Sequence record: CP109674.1
DNA length: 64,000 nucleotides
DNA from: a plasmid
Strand: one strand, 5' to 3'
In this document: positions 11,545 to 23,319 of the stretch, piece after piece
How positions within the stretch are numbered: the stretch's first letter is position 1
Layout: every line of letters starts with the position of its first letter
Position numbers and translations under genes: made by a program
The notes under the pieces: generated by a model
Told to the model about the DNA's origin: nothing
Database searches by the model: none
What the model saw: the letters and a program-made list of their open reading frames with translations, nothing else

Positions 11545-14500
11545 TCAGGACACGCTTTTTTTATGTCTGCGCAGCCAGATTAATTTGTAGGCGGCAGGAA
11601 TAATGAACAGGGACAGCAGCGGAGCCGTGATCATCCCACCAATCATGGGTGCCGCAATACGGCTCATGACTTCTGAACCTGCGCCGGTTCCCCAGAGTAT
11701 TGGCAGCAGACCCGCAATGATCACCGCCACGGTCATGGCTTTCGGCCGGACACGCAGTACGGCACCATGATAGAGGGCTTCATCAAGACCTTCCGGTGTG
11801 AACGTCTCTTTACGGGACAATTCCGGGTGCGCTTCAATGGCATGACGCAGATACATCAGCATGACCACGCCAAACTCTGCTGCCACCCCGGCCAGGGCGA
11901 TAAACCCGGTTCCGGTCGCCACTGACATATGGAAGCCCTGCCAGTACAGGAACCATATTCCGCCAACCAGGGCGAACGGCAGGCTCATCAGGATCAGCAG
12001 GGCTTCGTCAACCCGGCGGAATGCCAGATACAACAGGATGAAAATGATCATCACCGTCATCGGCACCATCAGCTTCAGTTTCTTGTTGGCATGCTCAAGC
12101 AGTTCAAACTGTCCGGAGAATGCCACACTGGTTCCCGGTCTCAGTTTCACTTTCTCGCTGATGGCCGTCTTAATGTCGTTAACCACCGACACCATGTCCC
12201 TGCCGCGGGCATCAACATAAATCCAGCTGGCTGGCCGGGCATTTTCGGTTTTCAGCATGGTTGGTCCAGAAACGACGTTAATATCCGCGACATCGCCCAG
12301 CGTGATCTGCTGCTTCATCGGGGTCAGGATCGGCATCTGTTTCAGCGCCTGCGGACTGTTCCGGTAATCCTGCGGGTAGCGAATGTTAATAGGGTACCGG
12401 GCCACCCCTTCAACCGTCTCACCCACCATAGCACCTCCGATTGCTGAAGAGACGAACAGCTGGACATCACCTACCGTCATCCCGTAGCGGGAGGCTTTCT
12501 CCCGGTTGATATCGATATCGATGTAGCGCCCGCCCTCAAGTCGCTCAGCCAGGACAGACACCACGCCAGGCACGGTTTTGGCTACCGCCTCGATACTCTG
12601 CGCCGTCGCGTCGATATCGGACAGAACAGTCCCGGACACTTTGATACCTATCGGGCTTTTGATCCCGGTTGAGAGCATATCAATACGGTTACGGATAGGC
12701 GGCACCCAGAGGTTTGCCAGACCCGGTAAACGGACTGTCCTGTCGAGTTCATCAATAATCTTGTCAATTGTCATGCCGGGACGCCACTGATCCTCAGGTT
12801 TGAGCTGGATCGTGGTTTCCACCATTTCGAGCGGCGCGGAATCCGTTGCGGTCTCTGCTTTACCGGTCTTGCCAAATACAGAAGCCACTTCAGGAACGCT
12901 TTTGATTAACTTGTCTGTTGTCTGCAGGAGCGCTGCAGCTTCTGCCGGAGAGACGCCAGGCAAGGTCGACGGCATATACAGCAGATCGCCCTCGTTAATC
13001 TTCGGCAGAAATTCACCGCCCACCTGACTCAGTGGCCAGATAACCGTGAAAATGGACAAGGCCGCAACCAGCAGGGTTGTTTTTGGCCAGTGGAGGACCC
13101 GCAGCAGCAAAGGATGATACGCTTTGATCAGCACCCGGTTCAGGGGGTTACTTGTCTCGGCAGGAATTTTCCCCCGGATCCAGAATCCCATCAGAATAGG
13201 AATGACGATGATGGCCAGTGCGGCCGCTCCCGCCATGGAGTACGTTTTCGTGAATGCCAGCGGGCCAAACAGACGACCTTCCTGCCCTTCCAGGGTAAAG
13301 ATAGGAATAAAGGACAGGGTGATGATCAGCAGGCTAATGAACAACGCGGGTCCCACTTCCACGGAGGCGTCGGTAATCACCTTCCAGCGGGTGGCGTTGT
13401 CAATCTGCTCACCCGGATGCTGATGATCCCACTCCTCAAGCCGTTTGTGCGCATTTTCAATCATCACAATGGCGGCATCCACCATCGCACCGACGGCAAT
13501 CGCTATCCCTCCCAGCGACATGATATTGGCGTTCAGTCCCTGGAAGTGCATGACGATAAAGGCGATACACAGGCCAAGCGGCAGAGAGATAATCGCCACC
13601 AGGGCAGAACGTACGTGCCACAGGAACAGAGCACAGACGATGGCCACCACGATAAACTCTTCCAGAAGTTTGGAACTGAGGTTATCAATCGCCCGGTCGA
13701 TTAACTGGCTGCGATCGTAGGTGGTCACGATTTCAACGCCTTCCGGCAGGCTGGCCTTCAGCGTCTCCAGTTTATCCCTCACTGCCGTGATAACGTCGCG
13801 CGCATTTTTACCCGACCGCAGGATCACCACGCCGCCAGCGACTTCTCCCTGGCCGTTCAGCTCGGCAATACCACGCCTCATTTCGGGCCCGGTCTGCACG
13901 CGGGCAACATCCCGCAGATAAACCGGCACGCCGTTCTCACCTGTTTTCAGGACGATGTTATTAAAATCATCAATGCTCTGAAGATAACCGCTGGCACGGA
14001 CCATATACTCCGCTTCGGCCATTTCAACGGATGAGCCACCGGCCTCCTGGTTAGACGATTCAAGTGCCTGTTTCACTTCGGGCAGGCTGATACCGTACTG
14101 GGACAGTTTTACCGGATTGACCTGAATCTGGTACTGTTTCACCACGCCGCCAACCGAAGCGACCTCAGCCACGTTCGGGATGGTTTTCAGCTCAAATTTC
14201 AGGAACCAGTCCTGCAGAGAGCGCAGTTCTGAAAGGTCGTGTTTTCCGTTGCGATCGACAAGGGCATATTCAAATATCCAGCCCACTCCCGTGGCGTCCG
14301 GGCCGATTTCAGAGCTCACACCCGCAGGCAGTTTGCCCTGAACCTGATTCAGGTATTCCAGCACGCGCGAACGGGCCCAGTACAGATCGGTGCCGTCTTC
14401 AAAAATGACATACACATACGAATCACCGAACTGTGAAAAGCCACGCACGGTTTTTGCGCCAGGTACGGACAGCATGGTGGTGGTAAGCGGATAGGTGACC

Positions 14501-14691
14501 TGGTTTTCTACAATCTGCGGGGCCTGTCCGGGATAGCTGGTTTTAATAATGACCTGCACATCTGACAGGTCAGGCAGCGCATCGACCGGCGTGTTAATTA
14601 TCGTCCATGTGCCCCAGATGCTGAGAAACAGTGCGCCCATCATGACCAGGAAACGGTTGGCGACAGAGCGCCGGATAATCCATTCAATCAT
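11545..14691 (-). CDS. silA: RND heavy-metal efflux pump (CusA/SilA)
   Basis: 1048-aa, 12-TM RND transporter of the HME family, downstream of silB. Confidence 0.9.
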   Translation of the reverse strand: MIEWIIRRSVANRFLVMMGALFLSIWGTWTIINTPVDALPDLSDVQVIIKTSYPGQAPQIVENQVTYPLTTTMLSVPGAKTVRGFSQFGDSYVYVIFEDGTDLYWARSRVLEYLNQVQGKLPAGVSSEIGPDATGVGWIFEYALVDRNGKHDLSELRSLQDWFLKFELKTIPNVAEVASVGGVVKQYQIQVNPVKLSQYGISLPEVKQALESSNQEAGGSSVEMAEAEYMVRASGYLQSIDDFNNIVLKTGENGVPVYLRDVARVQTGPEMRRGIAELNGQGEVAGGVVILRSGKNARDVITAVRDKLETLKASLPEGVEIVTTYDRSQLIDRAIDNLSSKLLEEFIVVAIVCALFLWHVRSALVAIISLPLGLCIAFIVMHFQGLNANIMSLGGIAIAVGAMVDAAIVMIENAHKRLEEWDHQHPGEQIDNATRWKVITDASVEVGPALFISLLIITLSFIPIFTLEGQEGRLFGPLAFTKTYSMAGAAALAIIVIPILMGFWIRGKIPAETSNPLNRVLIKAYHPLLLRVLHWPKTTLLVAALSIFTVIWPLSQVGGEFLPKINEGDLLYMPSTLPGVSPAEAAALLQTTDKLIKSVPEVASVFGKTGKAETATDSAPLEMVETTIQLKPEDQWRPGMTIDKIIDELDRTVRLPGLANLWVPPIRNRIDMLSTGIKSPIGIKVSGTVLSDIDATAQSIEAVAKTVPGVVSVLAERLEGGRYIDIDINREKASRYGMTVGDVQLFVSSAIGGAMVGETVEGVARYPINIRYPQDYRNSPQALKQMPILTPMKQQITLGDVADINVVSGPTMLKTENARPASWIYVDARGRDMVSVVNDIKTAISEKVKLRPGTSVAFSGQFELLEHANKKLKLMVPMTVMIIFILLYLAFRRVDEALLILMSLPFALVGGIWFLYWQGFHMSVATGTGFIALAGVAAEFGVVMLMYLRHAIEAHPELSRKETFTPEGLDEALYHGAVLRVRPKAMTVAVIIAGLLPILWGTGAGSEVMSRIAAPMIGGMITAPLLSLFIIPAAYKLIWLRRHKKSVS

Positions 14692-14701
14692 CGTCGTCTC
14701 C

Positions 14702-15994
14702 TCAGTGCCCTGAATGCATATTTACAGGCTGCTCAGACATTGCTGGCATACTGTTTTCTGTTTTTTCAGGGTGGCGCATACGTTCCAGCGCGCCCGTAAT
14801 ATTGGCTTCGGAGTCAATGAGGAACAGGCCACTGACCACCACGGTATCGCCTTCATTCAGGCCGGAGCCAATGCCGGACTGTTGCTGTGATTCATGCAGA
14901 ACGTGGATCTGTTTCGGCACAAACTTGCCTTCATCATCAACAGTAATCACGCGCTGTTCTTTGCCGGTATCGATAACGGCCTGGCTTGGTATCAGCAGCA
15001 TCTCCTGGCTCTTGGTATTCAGTTTCAGATAGGCATTCATGCCCGGCTTGAGAAACTCATCCTTATTAGAAACCTGGAGACGGACCTGAAGCGTACGGGT
15101 TGTCTGATCCACGCTGGGAAGAATGTTCCATTTTTCGACATGGAATGTTTTATCCGGATAAGCCGGTACCGAAATTTCAAACTGCGACGTATCTTTCAGC
15201 AGATAGGCGATAGATTCTGGCACTGCAGCGCTGATCCAGACCGGGTCCATCCCCTGAATCTGAGCCACTACTTTATCTTTCGAAATATTCATTCCGGTGC
15301 GCAGGTCAAACGCAGTAATGACACCATCAATAGGTGCTTTAATGGTAAAACGGGTCTGGATTGTGCGGGTTGAACGCAGCCTTTGAATATCCTCTTCCGG
15401 CATACCAGCCAGACGAAGTCGCTCCAGAACCCCTTTTATCTGGGTTGACGTACCGCCTGTACCGGATAACAGCAGGAACTCACTTTGTGCCTCAACCCAT
15501 TCAGGAATGGTGATATCGATAAGCGGAGTGCCTTTCTTCACATGATCGCCAATCGTCAGGGGATACACTTTTTCGACGAAACCGTCAGAACGCGCCTGCA
15601 CAATGACAAACTGATACTCGTTGTAACTGACATTAGCCGGGATTGTCTGGGAATAATTCAGCATTCCTCGCGTAACTTTTTGCGTTTTTAATCCCAGATT
15701 CTGAACCTGGGTTGGATCGATACGGATCCCGCCACTGCTTTTATCGCCACTTTCATCAGCATATTTCGGCACCAGGTCCATATCCATAAAGGGAGATTTT
15801 CCGGGTTTATCAAATTTGGTATCCGGTTTCATCGGGTCATACCAGAAAAGTACCTTTCGCTCCGGTGCCTTTTGTTCGGTTTGTACTGTTTTTTGTGATG
15901 AGTTTACATACTGCCAGGCAGTAACCGATATCAGCCCCCCTGCTATGAGGCTGCTGATAATTATTGCAGCATATTTTATCTTTAAAGAAGCCAT
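14702..15994 (-). CDS. silB: Membrane fusion protein of Ag/Cu efflux (CusB/SilB)
   Basis: 430-aa periplasmic adaptor with a Met-rich C-terminal tail. Confidence 0.9.
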   Translation of the reverse strand: MASLKIKYAAIIISSLIAGGLISVTAWQYVNSSQKTVQTEQKAPERKVLFWYDPMKPDTKFDKPGKSPFMDMDLVPKYADESGDKSSGGIRIDPTQVQNLGLKTQKVTRGMLNYSQTIPANVSYNEYQFVIVQARSDGFVEKVYPLTIGDHVKKGTPLIDITIPEWVEAQSEFLLLSGTGGTSTQIKGVLERLRLAGMPEEDIQRLRSTRTIQTRFTIKAPIDGVITAFDLRTGMNISKDKVVAQIQGMDPVWISAAVPESIAYLLKDTSQFEISVPAYPDKTFHVEKWNILPSVDQTTRTLQVRLQVSNKDEFLKPGMNAYLKLNTKSQEMLLIPSQAVIDTGKEQRVITVDDEGKFVPKQIHVLHESQQQSGIGSGLNEGDTVVVSGLFLIDSEANITGALERMRHPEKTENSMPAMSEQPVNMHSGH

Positions 15995-16107
15995 ACAATT
16001 TCTCGCTGAAAAATCAAAACACCTGGCATATGCGCCCGATCATTCATTCACAGTAATCCCTTAATGAATGTTCAGGCGCACTGGATGTATTCGCTCCGGA
16101 CTGATAA

Positions 16108-16461
16108 TCAGGATTGCGTAACGTTAATGCTTTTGAGTAAGGAGATATTGCCCTGCTGAATAAACGAGAAATCGACATGGTTGCCGGTTTTCAGGGCATT
16201 GATAGCGTCGTCTGCATTAACAAAAGTGAAGCGCATGGTCATTGCAGGCCAGCCCACAGCAGGGATTGCTTCGTGCGAAATGGTAATCTTTTTACTATTC
16301 ATATCAATGTCTTTAACGACACCGGTGCCCTTGATAACCTGCTGTACCGAAGCATCACTGGCAGCATTCATATCGCCATGCTGATGTGTTTCAGCATGAA
16401 GACCGGCAGAAAACATGACAGAGAAGGCACCAAATAAAACGGCTTTAAGTGAATTACGCAT
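16108..16461 (-). CDS. silF: Periplasmic Ag/Cu chaperone (CusF/SilF)
   Basis: 117-aa ORF with a signal peptide and the CusF-like metal-binding core (HGDMNAASDASVQQVIKGTGVVKDIDMNSKKITISH...MTMRF). Confidence 0.85.
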   Translation of the reverse strand: MRNSLKAVLFGAFSVMFSAGLHAETHQHGDMNAASDASVQQVIKGTGVVKDIDMNSKKITISHEAIPAVGWPAMTMRFTFVNADDAINALKTGNHVDFSFIQQGNISLLKSINVTQS

Positions 16462-16489
16462 TTTTAATTTCCTGATTAATTAAATAAAT

Positions 16490-17875
16490 TTACTCTACCC
16501 AACCGCCACCCAGCGCGGTAAACAGATTAATTTCGTTAACCTGTCGGGAATAGGTAAGATCGAGAATGGTTTGCTGCGTAGCGAAGAGGGAACGTTCTGC
16601 ATCCAGCACTTCGATGTAACTGACAGCACCACTTGCATATAATCCTCTGGCACGCTGGAGAGTTATCTGAAGTGAATCAAGATAACGCTGCTGTGACTCA
16701 AGTTGCTGGCTAAAGCTGTCGCGCAGCGCAAGCGTGTCGGAAACATCCTTAAAGGCTGACTGAATTTTTTGTTCGTAATTAACCACCGACTGTTGCTGGC
16801 GAATTTCAGCCAGCTTCAGATTGGCTTTATTCCTGCCAGCATTAAAAATAGGAATTTCAATTTTAGGGATAAAATTCCACATTCCACTTCCTGACGTAAA
16901 CAGGCTTGACAGCTCCGTACTGCTTGCGGAAAGACCACTGGTCAGGGTAATGGAGGGGAAAAAGGCCGCTCGCGCTGCGCCAATATTGGCATCAGCCGCT
17001 TTCAGCTGATATTCCGCTTCCATAATATCCGGTCGCTGCAGCAAAATTTGTGAAGATAGATTTGGTGGCAATTTTACTGGTGCGATCTCCCCGCCTTTCA
17101 TCCCTTTTTCTGACGGAAGTGCGCGGTACGTTCCCAGCACCAGTTGCAGGGCATTGTTTGCCTGAGCCAGATCGCCTTCTCGTTTGGCTATTTCGGCGCG
17201 GGTACTTTCGATTTGTCCTCTCGCCTGTTCAAGTGCCAGAACGTTCGTACTCCCGGTCACGAGCTGTTGCTCAACGAAAGCATAGGACTGTTCATAATTT
17301 TTCAGCGTTTCCCGCGCAATACGGAGTTGTTCGTACGCCAGTTGCTGGCTGAAATAGCTCTGTGAAACGTTGGAGACCAGCAGGATGTGTACGGCACGAC
17401 GGGCTTCTTCGCTGGCAAAGTAGTTCTGGCGATCAGCCTCACTCATGTTCTTAAGTTTGCCAAAAAAATCGAGCTCATAGCTGAGCTCCAGACCCGCGTC
17501 GTACTCCTGTGTGGTCGGCTTGTCACCTTTCAGATCACCGTTGTATGTGATCCCGGATGAGGCATTCAGTTGGGGATAACGATCTGCATCCGTGACGTTG
17601 AACTGGGCCCGGGCCTCTTCAACCTTCAGGGCAGCCATTCTCAAATCACGGTTATTATTCAGGGCTTCACCGATCAGCCTGCTGACCTGGGGATCGACAA
17701 AAAAGTTTCGCCAGCCCGTATCCTGATAGCTGTTTACCGCAGGCGTCAGACTGTTTTTAGACAATGAAAACTGCTGGGGAACCGGAGCTGGCGGACGCTG
17801 ATATTCAGGTGCCAGAGAAACACAACCAGCCAGGATGAATATGGTACTGATGCTGAGTAATTTTAATTTGAACAT
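16490..17875 (-). CDS. silC: Outer-membrane efflux channel (CusC/SilC), lipoprotein
   Basis: The ORF track gives 513 aa from 18031. The likely true start is the internal Met of MFKLKLLSISTIFILAGC (lipobox) at 17875, giving 461 aa of the OMF family. Confidence 0.85.
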   Translation of the reverse strand: MFKLKLLSISTIFILAGCVSLAPEYQRPPAPVPQQFSLSKNSLTPAVNSYQDTGWRNFFVDPQVSRLIGEALNNNRDLRMAALKVEEARAQFNVTDADRYPQLNASSGITYNGDLKGDKPTTQEYDAGLELSYELDFFGKLKNMSEADRQNYFASEEARRAVHILLVSNVSQSYFSQQLAYEQLRIARETLKNYEQSYAFVEQQLVTGSTNVLALEQARGQIESTRAEIAKREGDLAQANNALQLVLGTYRALPSEKGMKGGEIAPVKLPPNLSSQILLQRPDIMEAEYQLKAADANIGAARAAFFPSITLTSGLSASSTELSSLFTSGSGMWNFIPKIEIPIFNAGRNKANLKLAEIRQQQSVVNYEQKIQSAFKDVSDTLALRDSFSQQLESQQRYLDSLQITLQRARGLYASGAVSYIEVLDAERSLFATQQTILDLTYSRQVNEINLFTALGGGWVE

Positions 17876-17977
17876 AACGCTTCTCGTACAGGCAGACCTG
17901 GTAAATGGTTCAAACGAAGTCCAGAGTATTGATAGGGATACTTTACCGAACGCTCTCTGTTTGCCGGGTGACAGGAT

Positions 17978-17995
17978 AATGACAATGTTGTCATT
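17978..17995. promoter_or_regulatory. CusR/SilR-type box (AATGACAatgTTGTCATT) in the silC/silR divergent promoter region
   Basis: A perfect palindrome matching the known CusR box architecture (AAAATGACAAnnTTGTCATTTT) lies between silC and silR. Confidence 0.55.
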
Positions 17996-18061
17996 TTTGC
18001 TGTAATCCGTTGATAACGATCGTGGGCGCAATAAAATGACATTAGCAGCCAGCCGGGGAGC

Positions 18062-18745
18062 ATGATGAAAATATTAATCGTTGAAGACGAAATTAAAACA
18101 GGTGAATATCTCAGCAAGGGGCTGACAGAGGCGGGGTTCGTCGTGGATCACGCTGATAATGGTCTGACCGGATATCATCTTGCCATGACAGCCGAGTATG
18201 ATTTAGTCATCCTGGATATCATGCTGCCTGATGTAAACGGCTGGGATATCATCCGTATGCTGCGCAGTGCCGGAAAGGGGATGCCGGTATTACTGCTGAC
18301 GGCCCTTGGCACGATTGAACACAGGGTCAAAGGACTTGAGCTGGGTGCGGACGATTATCTGGTGAAGCCCTTTGCGTTTGCTGAACTGCTCGCCCGGGTA
18401 AGAACCCTCCTCAGGCGGGGAAACACGATGATCACGGAAAGCCAGCTTAAAGTGGCTGACCTCTCGGTTGATCTCGTATCCAGAAAAGTCAGCCGCGCCG
18501 GGAACCGCATTGTGCTCACCAGTAAAGAGTTCAGCTTGCTGGAATTCTTCATTCGCCATCAGGGAGAAGTTCTTCCCCGCTCCCTGATTGCCTCTCAGGT
18601 CTGGGACATGAATTTTGACAGCGACACTAACGCGATTGATGTCGCAGTAAAGCGACTCCGCGCTAAAATAGACAACGATTACGGGACAAAACTGATCCAG
18701 ACAGTGCGGGGCGTGGGCTACATGCTGGAGATCCCGGATGCATAG
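18062..18745 (+). CDS. silR: OmpR-family response regulator (CusR/SilR)
   Basis: 227-aa ORF, a paralogue of PcoR within this window, divergent from silC. Confidence 0.9.
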   Translation: MMKILIVEDEIKTGEYLSKGLTEAGFVVDHADNGLTGYHLAMTAEYDLVILDIMLPDVNGWDIIRMLRSAGKGMPVLLLTALGTIEHRVKGLELGADDYLVKPFAFAELLARVRTLLRRGNTMITESQLKVADLSVDLVSRKVSRAGNRIVLTSKEFSLLEFFIRHQGEVLPRSLIASQVWDMNFDSDTNAIDVAVKRLRAKIDNDYGTKLIQTVRGVGYMLEIPDA

Positions 18746-20213
18746 CAAACCGTCCAGACGACCTTTCTCACTCGCTCTGCGGCTGACCTTTTTTATCAGC
18801 CTGTCCACAATACTGGCGTTTATCGCCTTCACCTGGTTTATGCTGCATTCTGTTGAAAAGCATTTTGCCGAGCAGGATGTCAGCGATCTGCAACAAATCA
18901 GCACCACACTGAGCCGTATACTCCAGTCCCCGGCAGATCCGGATGAAAAAAAAGTAAGCAAAATAAAGGAATCAATTGCCAGCTACCGCAACGTTGCCCT
19001 TTTGCTCCTCAATCCCAGGGGTGAAGTGCTCTTGAGCTCAGCTCAGGGGGCGGCACTACGCCCGGCAGTGAATTCAGCAGATTTTAGCGAGCACAGCCGC
19101 GCACGGGATGTCTTTCTCTGGACGGTGGAGGATCCTGCGGGACCGATGGATACCGGGTCCGGAATGAAGATGGAAACATACCGGATTATCGCCTCCTCTG
19201 GCCAGGCGATATTTCAGGGCAAACAGCAGAACTATGTCATGCTGACTGGCCTCTCCATTAATTTCCATCTCCATTACCTTGATGCGCTGAAAAAAAATCT
19301 GATTGCAATCGCTGTTGTGATAAGCCTGCTGATTGTTCTGATCATTCGCATCGCTGTCCGTCAGGGGCATCTGCCCCTTCGTAATGTCAGCAATGCCATT
19401 AAAAGCATCACCTCCGAGAATCTTGATGCGCGGCTGGAACCGACACGGGTTCCCATTGAGCTGGAGCAACTGGTTATCTCGTTCAATCATATGATTGGAA
19501 AGATTGAGGATGTCTTTACCCGCCAGGCCAATTTCTCTGCCGATATCGCGCACGAGATCAGAACGCCCATCACCAATCTGGTGACACAGACTGAAATCGC
19601 ACTGAGTCAGGATCGAACCCAGAAGGAACTTGAGGATGTCCTCTACTCCAGCCTGGAAGAGTATAACCGGATGACCAAAATGGTCAGCGACATGCTGTTC
19701 CTGGCGCAGGCAGACAATAATCAGCTGATACCTGACAGGGTCATGTTTGACCTCAGAGCGGAAGTCATGAAAGTCTTCGAGTTTTTCGAAGCCTGGGCCG
19801 AAGAACGCAATATCACGCTCAAATTTGACGGGATGCCCTGCCTGGTTGAGGGAGATCCACAAATGTTCAGAAGGGCGATCAATAATCTGTTATCCAATGC
19901 CCTGCGTTATACCCCGGAGGGACAGGCAATCACCGTCTCAATAAGAGAGCAGGAGAGCTTTTTTGACCTTGTGATTGAAAATCCGGGGAAACCGATCCCT
20001 GAAGAACATTTATCAAGGCTGTTTGACCGTTTTTATCGGGTGGATCCATCCAGACAACGAAAAGGAGAAGGCAGCGGCATCGGCCTTGCGATTGTGAAGT
20101 CAATCGTGGAAGCACATCACGGAAGAGTGCAGGTGGAATCAGACGTACGCTCCACGCGTTTTATCTTATCCGTGCCCAGACTGGAGAAAATGATCCCGGA
20201 AACCCAATGCTGA
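18738..20213 (+). CDS. silS: Sensor histidine kinase (CusS/SilS)
   Basis: 491-aa ORF with two transmembrane segments, HAMP, HisKA and HATPase domains. It overlaps the silR stop. Confidence 0.9.
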   Translation: MHSKPSRRPFSLALRLTFFISLSTILAFIAFTWFMLHSVEKHFAEQDVSDLQQISTTLSRILQSPADPDEKKVSKIKESIASYRNVALLLLNPRGEVLLSSAQGAALRPAVNSADFSEHSRARDVFLWTVEDPAGPMDTGSGMKMETYRIIASSGQAIFQGKQQNYVMLTGLSINFHLHYLDALKKNLIAIAVVISLLIVLIIRIAVRQGHLPLRNVSNAIKSITSENLDARLEPTRVPIELEQLVISFNHMIGKIEDVFTRQANFSADIAHEIRTPITNLVTQTEIALSQDRTQKELEDVLYSSLEEYNRMTKMVSDMLFLAQADNNQLIPDRVMFDLRAEVMKVFEFFEAWAEERNITLKFDGMPCLVEGDPQMFRRAINNLLSNALRYTPEGQAITVSIREQESFFDLVIENPGKPIPEEHLSRLFDRFYRVDPSRQRKGEGSGIGLAIVKSIVEAHHGRVQVESDVRSTRFILSVPRLEKMIPETQC

Positions 20214-20225
20214 AAATAAAGATGT

Positions 20226-20244
20226 AAATGACAAAGATGTCATT
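20226..20244. promoter_or_regulatory. CusR/SilR-type box (AAATGACAaagaTGTCATT) upstream of silE
   Basis: A palindrome with the same half-sites as the silC/silR box lies about 220 bp upstream of the silE start. Confidence 0.4.
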
Positions 20245-20463
20245 AGCCTGTCATGCAGCAAACAGAAGCCATTCGATATAATTAGTGCAACTTATCAGGA
20301 AGGCTGGATTGCTTCATCAATACCCGGCGTCAGAGTACGCCAGGAAATGAATATCCAGCCCTCTTCCGGAGAAATAAACGCTGCCGAACTTGTTTCAGTT
20401 ATGGAACTGAAAACACCGGTTGTACTTCCCCGGACATCACTAATTCAGAAATGGAGAGTTATC

Positions 20464-20895
20464 ATGAAAAATATCGTATTAGCATCCTTGCTGGGCTTTG
20501 GTTTAATTTCATCGGCCTGGGCCACTGAAACCGTGAATATCCATGATCGCGTCAACAATGCACAGGCTCCTGCTCACCAGATGCAGTCTGCTGCGGCTCC
20601 TGTCGGGATCCAGGGGACTGCTCCTCGTATGACCGGTATGGACCAGCATGAACAGGCCATTATTGCTCATGAAACCATGACGAACGGCTCGGCGGATGCG
20701 CACCAGAAAATGGTGGAAAGTCATCAGAAGATGATGGGAAATAACACGGTATCCACGACCGTCCCGTCAACGTCTTACGCGGCGATGAATGAGCATGAAA
20801 GAGCAGCGGTTGCCCATGAATTCATGAATAACGGGCAATCCGGCCCACATCAGGCCATGGCCGAAGCGCACCGCCGCATGATCAATGCAGGCTGA
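20464..20895 (+). CDS. silE: Periplasmic silver-binding protein SilE
   Basis: The ORF track gives 182 aa from 20347. The likely start is MKNIVLASLL at 20464, giving 143 aa with repeated HxxM motifs. Confidence 0.85.
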   Translation: MKNIVLASLLGFGLISSAWATETVNIHDRVNNAQAPAHQMQSAAAPVGIQGTAPRMTGMDQHEQAIIAHETMTNGSADAHQKMVESHQKMMGNNTVSTTVPSTSYAAMNEHERAAVAHEFMNNGQSGPHQAMAEAHRRMINAG

Positions 20896-20966
20896 ATGCG
20901 ACGGTAGTATCCGTGCTGTTACCTTTTCCCTGATAGATTTTCCTGAAACAACGTTGCTACATTTTT

Positions 20967-20990
20967 GCCCCCCGTCAGGGGGCTTTTTTG
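20967..20990 (+). terminator. Rho-independent terminator after silE
   Basis: GCCCCCCgtcaGGGGGC stem followed by TTTTTTG. Confidence 0.6.
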
Positions 20991-21038
20991 TCTGACTCAG
21001 CTACACTTAACCGGTACCTGTCTGAAAGGAATTATTAT

Positions 21039-21389
21039 ATGAAAATCAAAAACACCCTTTTTGTAATATTAATGTTATCCCTGCCAGCCATTTCTGCTGA
21101 ACATTCGGAAATGAAAATGTCAGATATGCACTCATCGGCATCATCACAGGAATATATGGCTGGCATGAAAAATATGCATGAAAAAATGATGGCCGCCGTT
21201 AATGAATCCAATCCCGATAAGGCCTTTGCAAAAGGTATGATCGCACACCATGAAGGGGCAATCGCAATGGCTGAGACCGAGCTCAAATACGGAAAAGATC
21301 CGGAAATGAGAAAGCTCGCGCAGGACATCATTAAAGCTCAAAAAGGTGAAATTGAGCAGATGAATAAATGGCTTGACAGTCATAAATAA
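21039..21389 (+). CDS. DUF305-family protein (periplasmic, metal-homeostasis associated)
   Basis: The likely start is MKIKNTLFVIL inside ORF 20988..21389. It has a signal peptide, a Met-rich region and a DUF305-like HHEGAI motif. Confidence 0.6.
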   Translation: MKIKNTLFVILMLSLPAISAEHSEMKMSDMHSSASSQEYMAGMKNMHEKMMAAVNESNPDKAFAKGMIAHHEGAIAMAETELKYGKDPEMRKLAQDIIKAQKGEIEQMNKWLDSHK

Positions 21390-21464
21390 TGAACACTGGA
21401 GTGTTGTCTTGCGCACCCTCTTAGGGTACCCTCGGACACGAAAACATATAGTACTTAACTAATT

Positions 21465-21490
21465 AAAAACCCGAATAATTTCGGGTTTTT
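21465..21490. terminator. Bidirectional stem-loop terminator (AAAAACCCGAAataaTTCGGGTTTTT)
   Basis: A perfect 7-bp GC-containing stem is flanked by an A-run on one side and a T-run on the other. It lies between the DUF305 gene and the convergent HNH gene. Confidence 0.6.
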
Positions 21491-21774
21491 AATGTAACTT
21501 TCTTTTCTGAACGGAAATAATAGTCATACAATTTAATTTTTTTGTAATTATTCCTACTTTTGATCAGGTACTGGACGATGGATAACGACTCCCGCCTGAG
21601 AGGGAAAATCCGTCTGGTTACCTGGCGCTATACTTAACCGATTGATCGACATGCCATGCTGGTAAAATATTAAAATCCTCCCCCATAAATCTGAACCACA
21701 TGACAGGATTGATAGTCAGGCAGTATTTCACATTCATTGCTAAAAATAAAAATAAGCATGCATCTTCTCGAAGA

Positions 21775-22731
21775 TTAATTACCTTCCATCTTGTAAAAAA
21801 GAATCAAATCCTCTAATAATATCTCGATTCCCGCTTTTTTTAATACATCTTTCCGCTCGGCATATATTCTCCTCAACATATCTTCAAACCCCTTGCCAAG
21901 ATGAATTTGTTTATGGCAGTTGCAACATAGTGATATGATATTCTCTTCCACATCCAGTGAATTCTCAAAATAGTCTTGCTTTGACATCGGGACAATGTGA
22001 TGAGGTTCTGTGTAATTTAGGGGAGAGTTTCGCCTTCTGAACGTTGGATGGTCGCAATTAATTTCACATTTATAATCAGCTTTGTTAAGCGCATTTTTTG
22101 AAACAGATTTACTTCTTGGGTATGAGAGTCCATTTTTGACTTCTATTGCAGCTTTCTTAGGTTTCGCTTTTTCGCTATACTCAAATGTCTGAGTAACGTC
22201 AAAGTGATTACTTTCTTCTAGAGCAGTGATCAAATCATTATCTGAGTAAAAATCAATGCTTGAGCTTTCGTTCGTACTAAAAAAATCTAGTTCTTTTATT
22301 GCCTGAACAAGTTCTTCACGGATAGTCCATAAATTTCGCTTTGGGTTTCCTTTAATTTCTCTACTTTTCATGACTGTAATGAATTTTGTCCCGGAAGCAA
22401 TCTTTCCGACTCCTTTAACCTCGAATCGGCCAAGCTGCTTCTGAACTCTTCCACCCAACCCATTGATTACACCATTAGCACTCATACTGTGCAGGTCGTA
22501 CTTCTTGCCGATATCGAAACATGTACAGGAATGGTCTGGCTCAATGAACCATTTTTTTAACGCTGCAATACTTTTGTCATCAAAAACTTTTTTATCCCTT
22601 AATAAAATCTTCCATTCTTCAACGCTAATATCTATATCACAGACGTATTCACCATCAATTACTTCACATATTTTTTCAATCATGTCCATAACTCTCTTGT
22701 AACACAGGCTTTGTAATAATGTAAAATCCAT
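21775..22731 (-). CDS. HNH endonuclease with N-terminal uncharacterised domain (McrA-like, putative modification-dependent type IV restriction enzyme)
   Basis: 318-aa ORF. Its C-terminus (CEINCDH...PHHIVPMS...SLCCNCHKQIH...) is an HNH/His-Me finger followed by a helical tail. The arrangement resembles E. coli McrA. The gene sits in an AT-rich islet, in contrast to GC-rich flanks. Confidence 0.5.
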   Translation of the reverse strand: MDFTLLQSLCYKRVMDMIEKICEVIDGEYVCDIDISVEEWKILLRDKKVFDDKSIAALKKWFIEPDHSCTCFDIGKKYDLHSMSANGVINGLGGRVQKQLGRFEVKGVGKIASGTKFITVMKSREIKGNPKRNLWTIREELVQAIKELDFFSTNESSSIDFYSDNDLITALEESNHFDVTQTFEYSEKAKPKKAAIEVKNGLSYPRSKSVSKNALNKADYKCEINCDHPTFRRRNSPLNYTEPHHIVPMSKQDYFENSLDVEENIISLCCNCHKQIHLGKGFEDMLRRIYAERKDVLKKAGIEILLEDLILFYKMEGN

Positions 22732-23319
22732 TACACGGCGTTGTATGTAATGTCATTGTCTCTTGGACTCCTACAGTCCAAAACAACTTTGTGTTTTGTT
22801 GTCCAAAAACTTTTTGTTGCCGTGAGTTCTCACTGAGATAAATCCCGCCTTGAGCGTATCACATCAGCAGACTTCCTCTCAACCTTATGGACTTAACCCG
22901 GTCATTCTTCACGACAAAGAAAGTACGGCATTTTACATGACGAAGAGACGGTCTCAGCTTCACATGACCGGATAACATTTTTAATGTACTTCGTTATTAC
23001 GGCACGGGTGTTCAACGAGTATTTTTAAATATTAATCATTTTGTTTAACGGGTGGATACCTACAAATTTTAACATTTACTAATCAAGATAGCAGTTATAC
23101 GTACTTTCCCGGCAAAAATCCTGAGGTTTACAGATTCCCTCACCGTAACAGACCCGGTCATTCCCCTGGTCCTCCGGAGAGTCTAGTACGAGTGATAAAC
23201 GTGAATTCCTGTACCTGAAGTTCAGCCGCTGGCAGATAAGTCGTGAACTATAATTACACTCAGTCAGATCCAAACACCTTTTCATCTGCATATATACTTT
23301 GTACATACCAGGAGATTAC

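Noticed and set aside
13090-13704. 204-aa plus-strand ORF inside silA (and several others at 11861-13921)
   Set aside because: Antisense to the RND pump. Low-complexity translation.
17876-18031. N-terminal 52 codons of the 513-aa silC ORF
   Set aside because: The lipoprotein signal peptide begins at the internal Met (MFKLKLL...C). The upstream extension overlaps the silC/silR promoter and operator.
18290-18961. 223-aa minus-strand ORF overlapping silR/silS
   Set aside because: Fully antisense to two well-supported genes. No motifs. A typical shadow ORF in GC-rich coding DNA.
19074-19862. 262-aa minus-strand ORF inside silS
   Set aside because: Antisense to the sensor kinase. Shadow ORF.
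20347-20463. N-terminal 39 codons of the 182-aa silE ORF
   Set aside because: SilE begins at MKNIVLASLL with a signal peptide. The upstream extension is promoter DNA.
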